From Planctomycetota bacterium (GTDB lineage Bacteria > Planctomycetota > UBA1135 > UBA2386): 64,000 nt of DNA. The stretch spans positions 32,001-96,000 of the forward strand of contig CANMWZ010000008.1 in NCBI GenBank assembly GCA_947501605.1. The letters run 5' to 3'. Of this stretch, positions 1 through 8,778 are shown piece after piece. How positions within the stretch are numbered: the stretch's first letter is position 1; each line of letters opens with the position of its first letter. Position numbers and translations under genes: made by a program. The notes beneath the pieces are model-generated. The model was not told the DNA's origin. It made no database searches and saw nothing but the letters and a program-made list of their open reading frames with translations.

Positions 1-762
1 TCCGACCACCACCAGTTCTAGCGCCCGGCGAAAGTCCACCGCGAATGCGCCCTGCGACTCCGTGCCGTGCTGCAACGGCAACTCCGCCAGTGACCAGGTA
101 CTGCCACCGTCATGCGACCGAAGGGCGCGGCTCATCACACCGCCGGTGACGAGGGCTACCTCGTCACCGATCGCCCGCAAGCACGCGCAACTGGCGGCGA
201 ACATCGCTTCCCCAGCCACGGCTGTTGGCAAGGTCACGCGCGGTTGCCAGTTCTGGCCACCATCATCACTGACGAACAGCTGGAAGACGCCGTCGATGGG
301 ATCCCCGACCAGGTACGCGCGCGTGCCGCCGTAGTGGCTGCCTTCCGCTGGCGCCGCAAATGCAATCGCGTCGAAGAACGCGCCCGGCCTTGGGTCCTCG
401 AAGACGATTGTCCACGACGTGCCACCGTCGTCCGTGCGATAGACCCGCGCCGGCGTTCCCGCGGTCGCCACCAGCGCGTGACGAGCATCCGTCGCCGCGA
501 TCGAGCGGAAATCGAGGTCCTGCGCCCCGGCGGGCCCGACCGACGACCAACTCTTGCCCGCATCCATGCTGCGAAGCACCGTGCCTCCTGTACCGCTGGC
601 CCAGAGAACCTGCGACGCGACGGCGGACAGACCGCGGAGACTGCAGCCAGGTCGCACCTGCACCACGCTCCACTGCGGCACCCGTATCGTGGGGTCGGAA
701 CCGACGGTGCACGCAACGACTGCAACGGCGAAGAGCACGATGGCGGACAGACGCATGCGCAT
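1..762 (-). CDS. Secreted BNR/Asp-box repeat (Ycf48/sialidase-like beta-propeller) protein; 3' end runs off the left edge
   Basis: Not in the ORF track (no stop inside the window). Translated by hand from ATG 762: MRMRLSAIVLFAVAVVAC (signal/lipobox-like), then Asp-box repeats RSMDAGKSW, RTDDGGTSW, SDDGGQNW, RSHDGGSTW. Confidence 0.8.
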   Translation of the reverse strand, partial: MRMRLSAIVLFAVAVVACTVGSDPTIRVPQWSVVQVRPGCSLRGLSAVASQVLWASGTGGTVLRSMDAGKSWSSVGPAGAQDLDFRSIAATDARHALVATAGTPARVYRTDDGGTSWTIVFEDPRPGAFFDAIAFAAPAEGSHYGGTRAYLVGDPIDGVFQLFVSDDGGQNWQPRVTLPTAVAGEAMFAASCACLRAIGDEVALVTGGVMSRALRSHDGGSTWSLAELPLQHGTESQGAFAVDFRRALELVVVG

Positions 763-867
763 GGGGTACACGTTGCCTGCCCGGCAACAAGCGCGGTCTC
801 GCGAAACGGAGGCAGGCTCATTCCCTGCTGCCCATCCTGCAGACAACACGCTAGGCTCGTGGGCCGC

Positions 868-3576
868 ATGCTGCGTGCTCTACTCGCAATTGCGGTCGTC
901 GCCTCGTCGCTCCGCGCGCAAGTCGGTCCGGAGCCCACGCTGTGGTCGATGCAACCGCTGCCGTCCTGTTCGGCTCCGATCGAGTCACCGCGCATCGACC
1001 AACTCGTCGACGAACGACTGCAGCCACTGGGGCTCTCGCGCGCACCGAAGGCGGATCGTCGCACCTTGCTGCGCCGAGCGGCCCTGATGCTGACTGGTCT
1101 GCCGCCGTCGCCGCAGCAAGTCGCCGACTTCATCGCCGACCCGGACGCCGATGCCTTCGCCAACTGCATCGACCGCTTGCTCGCCTCGCCCGAATGCGCC
1201 GAACATCTAGCGCGGCGCTGGCTCGACCTCGCGCGCTACAGCGACAGCAACGGTCTCGACGAGAACCTCGCCTTCGCCAACGCCTATCGCTACCGCGACT
1301 GGGTCGTTCGCGCAATGCAGGAAGACGTGCCCTACGACCGCTTTGGCACCCTGCAACTCGCCGGCGACTTGCTGCCCGAGACCGATCCATCGCCGCGCGC
1401 AGACCGCATCGTGCCACTCGGGTTCTTGGCCCTCGGCCCGCGCATGTTGGCCGAGCAAGACAAGGAGAAGCTCGTACTCGACACCGTCGATGAACAGGTC
1501 GATCTGGTCGGGCGGACGTTTCTCGGGCTCACGCTCGGCTGTGCCCGCTGCCACGACCACAAGTTCGATCCAGTTCCGACTCGCGATTACTACGCGCTTG
1601 CCGGCATCTTCAAGAGCAGCAAGTCGTTCGCCGAACTGGGCCATGTCAGTCAGTGGCTGGAGCAACCACTGGCCTCCAACGCGGACCTCGCGGTGCGCGA
1701 AGCGGCGATCAGCGCACGGACAGCTGCCGCCAATGCGCTTCTGGAGTTCGACAAGGGTGTGGCGAGTAGCCTGCCTTCCGGGCTCGCGCCGCGGATCGGC
1801 GACTACCTGATCGCCGGCTATGCCGAATCCGCCCGCAGTCTGGTTCGCGAGGCGGAGAGTGCCGACGCGACCAACCTAGTGCGCGACGATTCGCACTGGG
1901 GCGCCCCGGGCTGTGCAGTCCTGCACACAGCCTCGGGAGGTAGCCAGTTCGCCGACTACACCTTCGACACCAGCGCCCTCACGCACGGCCCCGGCGACTA
2001 CCTGTTGGAACTGCGCTATGCCGCAGCCGAGTCGCGACCGCTGCGCGTCGAGGTCGACGGTGTCGCTGTGATCGCACGCTGCGCAACAGCGATGACAGGC
2101 GGCTGGCGACCTGAGCACCAGCGTTGGATCGAAGCCGGCAGGTTTCCGGTCACCACTGGAAGCCACACCCTGCGGCTTGTGGCACTTGGTGACAACGTGC
2201 CGCACCTCGACCGCTTGGTCCTGCGTCCGCTCCTCGCCGCGGCTCCGGCCATGGACCTTGCGGCGGCTGCCGTGCGCAACGCAGCATTCCTGGTTTCCGC
2301 CGCCGACGGTCCCATCGGTCGCGCCTTCGCAGCCGCTGCGGATTCGATGGAGGTCGTACAGGTTGCCACAGAATGGCAGCAGCGCTTGGCGAAGTTTGCC
2401 CAGGCAGACTTCGCACCGGTTGGTGAAGTCGAAACCGCGGATCAGCGCTTGCTACACGGCTTCGGCGGGCTGTTCGAACTCGATGACGCGCTGCGCTACC
2501 AACTGCTGCCCGCAGCGCGACGCCTAGTCCGCGAGCGTCTCGCCGACGCGCTGACGGCCGTGCAAGCCGCCGTCCCCGAGGAGCCTCCCCACGGGCTCTG
2601 CGTCACCGAGGGCGAAGTCGTCGACTTGCCCGTGCACCTTCGTGGCAGTCACCTGACGCTGGCTTCCGAAACCACGCCCCGCGGGTTCCTCTCGGCCATG
2701 GCTACGCAAATCGCGTCGCCGCCTATCGGCAGTGGCAGCGGCCGTCTCGCGCTCGCTCAGTGGATCTTCGATCCGAAGAACCCGCTGACCCCACGCGTCG
2801 CCGCCAATCGAACCTGGCAGTTCGCGTTCGGCGAGGGGCTCGCACGAAGTGAATCCAATTTCGGCATCCGCGGCGAGGAGCCGACGCACCCTGCACTCCT
2901 CGAGGCTCTCGCTGCCTCGTTGGTCGCGGATGGCTGGTCGATTCGTCGTCTGCTGCGCACGATCGTCCTGTCGGAGACCTGGCAGCAAGCAGCTCGCGGC
3001 GATGCCAACGCCGAAATCGTCGATGCCGACAACCGGCTGTATTGGCGGTGGTCGCGCCAGCGTCTACCGGCTGAGGCAGTTCGCGATTCGATCCTAGCTG
3101 TCGCCGGCACCTTGGATCGCAAACAAGGCGGCAGCTTGCTCGGCGTCGGCAACCGCGGCTACGTCACCAACGACCAGTCCGGCGACAGCGCGCGCTACGA
3201 CGCACCGCGTCGCTCGCTCTACCTGCCGGTGATCCGCAACGCGATGTACGACCTGTTTACAGTGTTCGATTACGCAGACCCAAGCGTTCACCTGGAGCAG
3301 CGGCCACAGAGCACCGTTGCCCTGCAGGCGCTCCTGCTGATGAACAGTCCGTTCGCCATCGAACAGGCCAGCGCTCTGGCCACCGCGGCGTCCGCGGCCG
3401 CCACGGAGCCGGCGGAGCAGCTCGTCTGGCTCTGGCAACGCGCACTGCAGCGTCCGCCAACCGCGCGCGAGACTGCCGCCGCTGCCGACTGGCTGGCGCA
3501 GGACCTCGAGGACAAGGGGCTCGCATGCCTGTGCCAGGCCTTGTTCGCGACCAACGAGTTCGTCTTCGTCGACTGA
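868..3576 (+). CDS. DUF1549/DUF1553 (PSCyt2/PSD1) planctomycete protein with an internal CBM6/CBM35-like insert
   Basis: Signal peptide MLRALLAIAVVASSLRA-Q from ATG 868. Motifs WLDLARYSDSNG, LGCARCHDHKFDP, LTPRVAANRTWQ, PTHPALL, RRSLYLPVIRN, QALLLMNSPF, LFATNEFVFVD. Central EAE...YLLELRYA...TGGW...GSHTLRL segment resembles a CBM. Confidence 0.88.
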   Translation: MLRALLAIAVVASSLRAQVGPEPTLWSMQPLPSCSAPIESPRIDQLVDERLQPLGLSRAPKADRRTLLRRAALMLTGLPPSPQQVADFIADPDADAFANCIDRLLASPECAEHLARRWLDLARYSDSNGLDENLAFANAYRYRDWVVRAMQEDVPYDRFGTLQLAGDLLPETDPSPRADRIVPLGFLALGPRMLAEQDKEKLVLDTVDEQVDLVGRTFLGLTLGCARCHDHKFDPVPTRDYYALAGIFKSSKSFAELGHVSQWLEQPLASNADLAVREAAISARTAAANALLEFDKGVASSLPSGLAPRIGDYLIAGYAESARSLVREAESADATNLVRDDSHWGAPGCAVLHTASGGSQFADYTFDTSALTHGPGDYLLELRYAAAESRPLRVEVDGVAVIARCATAMTGGWRPEHQRWIEAGRFPVTTGSHTLRLVALGDNVPHLDRLVLRPLLAAAPAMDLAAAAVRNAAFLVSAADGPIGRAFAAAADSMEVVQVATEWQQRLAKFAQADFAPVGEVETADQRLLHGFGGLFELDDALRYQLLPAARRLVRERLADALTAVQAAVPEEPPHGLCVTEGEVVDLPVHLRGSHLTLASETTPRGFLSAMATQIASPPIGSGSGRLALAQWIFDPKNPLTPRVAANRTWQFAFGEGLARSESNFGIRGEEPTHPALLEALAASLVADGWSIRRLLRTIVLSETWQQAARGDANAEIVDADNRLYWRWSRQRLPAEAVRDSILAVAGTLDRKQGGSLLGVGNRGYVTNDQSGDSARYDAPRRSLYLPVIRNAMYDLFTVFDYADPSVHLEQRPQSTVALQALLLMNSPFAIEQASALATAASAAATEPAEQLVWLWQRALQRPPTARETAAAADWLAQDLEDKGLACLCQALFATNEFVFVD

Positions 3577-3586
3577 GCCTGCCGCC

Positions 3587-5026
3587 ATGCACCACGACGC
3601 CGATTGCATCACTCACAACGCAGCGCACGGTGCCACTCACAGTCGACGCGAGTGGCTGCGCTCCGCCGCGATGGGGCTGCCGATGCTGGCACTCGCGCAC
3701 ATGCTGCGGGCCACGCAATCCCCGCTCGCTCACGAGACGCCGACGCTGCAACCGCGCCGGCCTCACCTTGCCGCCCGTGCGAAGCGGGTGGTGTTCTTGT
3801 TCATGCATGGCGGCCCTTCGCAGGTCGACACCTTCGACTACAAGCCGTTGTTGCAGCGCGATCACGGCAAGCCCCTGCCGTTTGCCAAGCCGCGGGTCAC
3901 CTTTGCCGAGACCGGCAACCTACTCGGCTCGCCGTTCCGCTTCGCGCAGCACGGTCAGTCCGGTGCGTGGATCAGCGAACTTTTTCCGCACCTAGCACGC
4001 TGCGCCGATCGCATCTGCTTCTTGAAGGGCCTGCACGGCAGCAATGATGCTCACGGCGGCGCCCTCCTCAAGATCCACACCGGCAGCGATACGCTGGTGA
4101 GGCCGTCGATGGGCAGTTGGGTAGTGCACGGGCTTGGCACCGAGAATCAGAACCTGCCCGGTTTCGTCACGATCTGCCCCACCCTCGGCCACGGCGGCGT
4201 GAACAACTGGTCGTCGGCGTTCTTGCCGGCGCTCTACCAAGGCACACCGCTCGGCAACGCCAGCGTGGACGCCAAGGAAGCGAGCGTGAAGTTCCTCCGT
4301 CGCGGCGACTTGTCACGCTCGGTCCAGCGCCAGCAACTGGATCTTCTGGCGCACTTCAACGAGGAACACGCGAGCACCAGAGAGGAAGATCCGGTACTGC
4401 GCTCGCGCATCGCCTCGTTCGAGTTGGCGTTTCGCATGCAGCTCGAAGCCAGCTCGGTGCTCGACGTGGATGCCGAGAGCCAAGCCACGAAGACGCTCTA
4501 CGGACTTGATGAGGCCCGCACCCAGAACTTCGGGCGCCAGTGCCTGATGGCCCGGCGCATGCTCGAATCCGGCGTGCGCTTCGTTCAGTGCACCCACAGC
4601 TACAAGTGGGACCAACACAGCAACCTCGAGCCCGACCACCGCAAGAATGCCGGCGAGGTCGACCAACCGATCGCCGCCCTGCTGACCGATCTGGAGCGTC
4701 GCGGCATGCTCGAGGACACACTGGTCTGGTGGGGTGGCGAGTTTGGGCGCACTCCAACCAGCGAGGGTGGCAGCGGACGCGACCACAATCCCCACGGGTT
4801 CACGCACTTCCTAGCTGGCGGCGGCGTCAAGGCTGGCTTCTCCTACGGCGGCACGGATGACTACGGCTACTACGCGCAGGAGGATGCCATGCATGTGCAC
4901 GACCTGCACGCGACCCTGCTGCACCTGCTCGGGCTGGACCACGAGCGACTGGTCTTCCGGCATTCGGGTCGCGACTTCCGCTTGACGGATGTTCACGGCA
5001 AGGTCGCCCAGGCGATTCTTGCCTGA
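3587..5026 (+). CDS. DUF1501 domain protein (Tat-exported)
   Basis: SRREWL twin-arginine motif; AKRVVFLFMHGGPSQVDTFDYKP, WDQH, GEFGRTP, GRDHNP, HDLHATLLHLLG; usual partner of DUF1549/1553 genes. Confidence 0.92.
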   Translation: MHHDADCITHNAAHGATHSRREWLRSAAMGLPMLALAHMLRATQSPLAHETPTLQPRRPHLAARAKRVVFLFMHGGPSQVDTFDYKPLLQRDHGKPLPFAKPRVTFAETGNLLGSPFRFAQHGQSGAWISELFPHLARCADRICFLKGLHGSNDAHGGALLKIHTGSDTLVRPSMGSWVVHGLGTENQNLPGFVTICPTLGHGGVNNWSSAFLPALYQGTPLGNASVDAKEASVKFLRRGDLSRSVQRQQLDLLAHFNEEHASTREEDPVLRSRIASFELAFRMQLEASSVLDVDAESQATKTLYGLDEARTQNFGRQCLMARRMLESGVRFVQCTHSYKWDQHSNLEPDHRKNAGEVDQPIAALLTDLERRGMLEDTLVWWGGEFGRTPTSEGGSGRDHNPHGFTHFLAGGGVKAGFSYGGTDDYGYYAQEDAMHVHDLHATLLHLLGLDHERLVFRHSGRDFRLTDVHGKVAQAILA

Positions 5027-5068
5027 TGCCGATGCTTGGCCGGCACCGGTGCCAACGCAACGGACTGG

Positions 5069-7834
5069 TCAGCGCCGTCGCCGCTCCGCTTCCTCGAGTT
5101 CCCGCATCAGTTCGCTTAGGCCCAAGCGCTGCAGGAGCTGAGGAAGATCGCCGAGCCGGTCTTCGAGTCGTCCGAAGCCGCCACCCTCGCGCTGCGCGGC
5201 GATCAAGCTGGTCACCAGTTGCCGTGCAGTTGTCTTGGCGGCCTCCACGTCTCCGGCATCCAACTTGACGCGAACGATTCGCCGCATCGTCTGCATCTCT
5301 TCCGCCGCGAATCGCGGCTCCCTCGGCTTCCGGTCGGTACCAAGCGTGCGCTGCAACGCCAGCGCTTCTTCCAACGGTGCCAGACCAGCGCGCGGATCTC
5401 GTTGCGACTCGGCTTCGTGGACGCGACTCCCCCACAAACTGAGGGCGCGCGCGAGCAAGGCCTGAAACTCAGGATGCAGCGGTTGGTGCTCCACCAGCGT
5501 CCGCGCCTCGGACACCAATTGTTCGAGGACCGCAGGCGTCGGGCCGCCCGGACTGCGTGCCCGAGAAGGTGGCAACTGCGCCTCGCACAACTCAAATCGA
5601 TAGGCGTCGTTCTTTGGTTGCTCGGCCACGAGCTGCTTCAGGATGGCGAGCGCTTCCTGCATCGAGGCACTCAAAAGGTTGGGCTCCGCGCGCCCCGCCA
5701 TTCGCGCTTGCTCGATCAAACAGCGGGCGAGCAGAAACCGATACTCGGAGCTCTCTTGATCCTCGGCCAAGAGAGCCCGCAGGGTCAGAAGGGCCGCCTC
5801 GATGTGCCCGCGCGCCTGTTGCTGCAACTGGGCAAAGGACGGCTCGGCGAGCGGATCTCGCGGTGGAGCAAGCGAAGGCTCGGAGTCTCGGCGCCGTTCG
5901 CGAGCCGCATTGCGTCGCGCACGCGGTAATGCATCTGCGCCTCCCGCAGGACCACCGGCAAAGCCCCGCATCAGTTCACCGCGGCCTTCACGAAATCCCG
6001 GCACAGTTGCCAGCAGATAGTGCGCACGCGCGCCGAGCCAGCGCACCTTGGGCAAGGGATCGACCGCCCCCTTCTCCAGGATCTCTAGCGACTGTGAGTA
6101 GCACGAAGCCGCGACTCGGGGCTGCCCGCGACGGACTTGCACCTGCCCCAGCTCCTGCAACAGGGCTGCGAGTTCGTCCTTTTGTTCAGGGTCCCCGATC
6201 TCACGCAGCAGCGTCGCTGCTCGCTCGTAGGCCGCCACCGCCTCGTCGTGCGCGCCGAGGCGCTCCTGGATGGTGCCGACGCGGGCATAGCTGCGCGCCG
6301 TCTGATGGCGAAGAGTTGCGTTGTCGCGATTGCGCTCGGCGAACTTGTCGTAGAAGTCGAGCATGCGCTCGAGCAGCGCGAGCGCGTTGGTGTCGACCGG
6401 TGCTCGCAAGGCAGTGACGGTTGCACCATTCTCCTCCGCGTCTTCGAGGAGGGCATAGAGCGGGTCGGGGCCGACAATCGTATCGAACACGTCCTCGAAG
6501 ACCTCCAACGTGTCCTCGAGGTTGGCTCGATCGCGTTCGCTGGCTTGTAGCGCAGCTTGCTGGCTCTGGATTGCGGCGCGTTCGCTGGCGGTCCGAAGGT
6601 TCAGCGCCTCCCTTGTGGTCCAGTACGCGCTCCAGCCAACAACGGCTGCCGTGACCGTTGCGACCACGGCGATGACGCCAGCCGAGGCGAGTGCCCGATT
6701 GCGGCGGCACCAGCCGCTGAGCAATTCCAGACCCGACTGACGCCGCGCCGCGATCGGACGATCTTCGAGATACGCTCGAAGGTCGCTCCCGAACTCCGCG
6801 GCGGTCGCGTAACGCCGGGCGGGCTCGATCGCCATCGCGCGCGCCACGATGGTCTCGAGGTCATGTGGGATCGTTGGCAGCAAGCGGCGGAGTCGTTCGC
6901 AGCGACCGGCGCGGATGCGGTCGATCAATTCCGCTCGCGATTCGGCGGCAAAGGCCGGTCGCAAGGCGATCAGTTCGAACAGCGTCGCGCCGAGCGCGTA
7001 CACCTCGCTGCGCGCGTCGTAGTGCCCGGAGAACTGCTCGGGCGCCATGTACTGCAGCGTGCCGAGGACATCGCCCGTGTGCGTGAGGCCATCGTGCTGC
7101 AGGGCTTTTGCGAGGCCGAAGTCCGTCACCCAGACGTGTTCGTCGCCATCAAGCAACAAGTTCGCCGGCTTGACATCCCGGTGGAGCGTCCCTTGCTGGT
7201 GGGCGTGATGGAGCGCATCGGCGACCTCGGCGCCAAGCCGCGCGGCCAGACGACAACGATCGCGCAGCACGGTCGACGCCCCCGAAGACGGTTCCGCACG
7301 TAGCGATTTCACGACCATGTCGAGGCTGCGGCCATCGATGAACTGCATGGCGTAGAAGTGCAACCCGTCGGCCTCACCGCTGTCGAACACCGGCACGATG
7401 TGCGTGTGGTGCAACCGCGCCGCCGTCTGCGCCTCTCGACGGAAGCGCTCGAGCTGGTTGCCACTCAGTAGGCTGGCTTGCGGCAAGACCTTGAGGGCCA
7501 CGCGTCGATCGAGCGATTCCTGCACGGCCTCGAAGACGACGCCCATGCCGCCGCGCCCGACTTCGCGCACGATTCGATATTCGCCGAGTCGTTCGAGCTT
7601 CGGCAGTTGCAGGCGACGACCACCGGATACCGAGGTCTCGCGGTCGCGCTTCGCGTTCTCGAGCAGAAGCAGCGTATCCAGCAGGTCGCTCAGTTCTTGA
7701 CCATGCGCCGGATGGAGCGCTGCAAACTGTCTGGCGGAGATCGACTCGCCCTTGCGGACCCGTTGCAGGAACTCCTCAGCCAGTAGATCCAAGGGCTCCC
7801 GACTCTCGCCCTGAATTCCGTCGCGGTCGCTCAT
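5069..7834 (-). CDS. Hanks-type Ser/Thr protein kinase with a TM segment and C-terminal TPR-like repeats
   Basis: GRGGMGVV, VALK, HRDVKPAN, DFG and APE motifs intact; hydrophobic stretch ALASAGVIAVVATVTAAVVGW; helical repeat C-terminus. Confidence 0.93.
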   Translation of the reverse strand: MSDRDGIQGESREPLDLLAEEFLQRVRKGESISARQFAALHPAHGQELSDLLDTLLLLENAKRDRETSVSGGRRLQLPKLERLGEYRIVREVGRGGMGVVFEAVQESLDRRVALKVLPQASLLSGNQLERFRREAQTAARLHHTHIVPVFDSGEADGLHFYAMQFIDGRSLDMVVKSLRAEPSSGASTVLRDRCRLAARLGAEVADALHHAHQQGTLHRDVKPANLLLDGDEHVWVTDFGLAKALQHDGLTHTGDVLGTLQYMAPEQFSGHYDARSEVYALGATLFELIALRPAFAAESRAELIDRIRAGRCERLRRLLPTIPHDLETIVARAMAIEPARRYATAAEFGSDLRAYLEDRPIAARRQSGLELLSGWCRRNRALASAGVIAVVATVTAAVVGWSAYWTTREALNLRTASERAAIQSQQAALQASERDRANLEDTLEVFEDVFDTIVGPDPLYALLEDAEENGATVTALRAPVDTNALALLERMLDFYDKFAERNRDNATLRHQTARSYARVGTIQERLGAHDEAVAAYERAATLLREIGDPEQKDELAALLQELGQVQVRRGQPRVAASCYSQSLEILEKGAVDPLPKVRWLGARAHYLLATVPGFREGRGELMRGFAGGPAGGADALPRARRNAARERRRDSEPSLAPPRDPLAEPSFAQLQQQARGHIEAALLTLRALLAEDQESSEYRFLLARCLIEQARMAGRAEPNLLSASMQEALAILKQLVAEQPKNDAYRFELCEAQLPPSRARSPGGPTPAVLEQLVSEARTLVEHQPLHPEFQALLARALSLWGSRVHEAESQRDPRAGLAPLEEALALQRTLGTDRKPREPRFAAEEMQTMRRIVRVKLDAGDVEAAKTTARQLVTSLIAAQREGGGFGRLEDRLGDLPQLLQRLGLSELMRELEEAERRRR

Positions 7835-7837
7835 CGC

Positions 7838-8431
7838 CTACGGCGCCTGGAACCCGCCGAGCAGTCCCTTCAAACGGGTCAGGGCGCGGACGTAGCGATT
7901 GCTCGCGGCGTTCTCGCCGATGCCGAGCAACTCAGCGACCTCCTTGTTGGTCAGATCTTCGAAGTGGCGCAGCGTCAGTACTTCGCGATCGATCTCGTCC
8001 ATCGAGTCCAGCGCGACCGTTAGTTGCTGCTTTTGTTCGTCGCGCATCGCCGCTTGGCTCGGCGACGTCAGCGAACCCGCGATGAAGCCAGAGAGCCCGT
8101 GGCTATTGGCAAAGGCTCGTTCCTTGGCAGCGCTGCGCTTGCTGGCCCCCAGGTGGCGGCGATGCAGGTCGATCAGGGTCTGCTGCCCCACCAATCGCAG
8201 CCACAGTGGCAGTGGGTGTTGGTCGCCACGGAAGGCATAGAGCCGTTGCTGCGCCGCCAGATAGACCTCCTGCACGACGTCCTCCGGATCGATGCGACCG
8301 AACAGGCGAGGATCGAGCCGGAACTGCACCATGCGGCGCAAGCGATCGCGCTGGGCCTCGAACAGGGGAGCGAAGGCGGCATCGTCACCCGCGCGCAGTT
8401 GCTCGGTCAGTTTCGCTTCGTCGTCAGCCAT
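7838..8431 (-). CDS. ECF sigma-70 factor of the planctomycete kinase-associated type
   Basis: Start taken at MADDEAKL. Region 2 RLRRMVQFRLDPRLFGRIDPEDVVQEVY; linker TSPSQAA; region 4 DREVLTLRHFEDLTNKEVAELLGI; 3 bp upstream of the kinase. Confidence 0.9.
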   Translation of the reverse strand: MADDEAKLTEQLRAGDDAAFAPLFEAQRDRLRRMVQFRLDPRLFGRIDPEDVVQEVYLAAQQRLYAFRGDQHPLPLWLRLVGQQTLIDLHRRHLGASKRSAAKERAFANSHGLSGFIAGSLTSPSQAAMRDEQKQQLTVALDSMDEIDREVLTLRHFEDLTNKEVAELLGIGENAASNRYVRALTRLKGLLGGFQAP

Positions 8432-8523
8432 ACAGGGAGGCGGCACCATACGTGAGACGGACCAAAACGTCGCCCGGCGAGCCATCCCACTGCGCCCTTG
8501 GCCTACAAGCCAAGGTCAACCGC

Positions 8524-8778
8524 TCAGCGGCGCATGCGGCTGAGCGATCGGTAGCAAGTCCCCGTGCAGGTCACGGTCGCGATCACGCCAAACACCAGCC
8601 AGGGCTTGCTCTCGTACCACAGAAAGCCGGCAGCGCCGACGGTCGTACCCAGCGCGACGCCGGCGCAGCTCAGGTAAAACCCGATGAGCGACGCCTTGGT
8701 CTGCTTGCGGTCCTGCTGCTGCTGGAATGGCGTTACTGGCGCGGCCGGCAACGATGACGGGTCCAAACTCGACGTCAA
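8524..8778 (-). CDS. Small hypothetical membrane protein (2 TM)
   Basis: Two hydrophobic segments (LIGFYLSCAGVALGTTVGAAGFLWY; PWLVFGVIATVTCTGTCY). TTG start at 8778 overlaps the upstream stop (TTGA); the ORF track extends it to 8841. Confidence 0.55.
   Translation of the reverse strand: MTSSLDPSSLPAAPVTPFQQQQDRKQTKASLIGFYLSCAGVALGTTVGAAGFLWYESKPWLVFGVIATVTCTGTCYRSLSRMRR

Noticed and set aside
112..867. N-terminal 252 aa of the 1154-aa ORF in the track
   Set aside because: It is the antisense shadow of the minus-strand BNR gene; the real protein begins with a signal peptide at ATG 868.
5042..5053. Perfect palindrome GGCACCGGTGCC between convergent genes
   Set aside because: Short, with no loop or U-tract; cannot be supported as a terminator.
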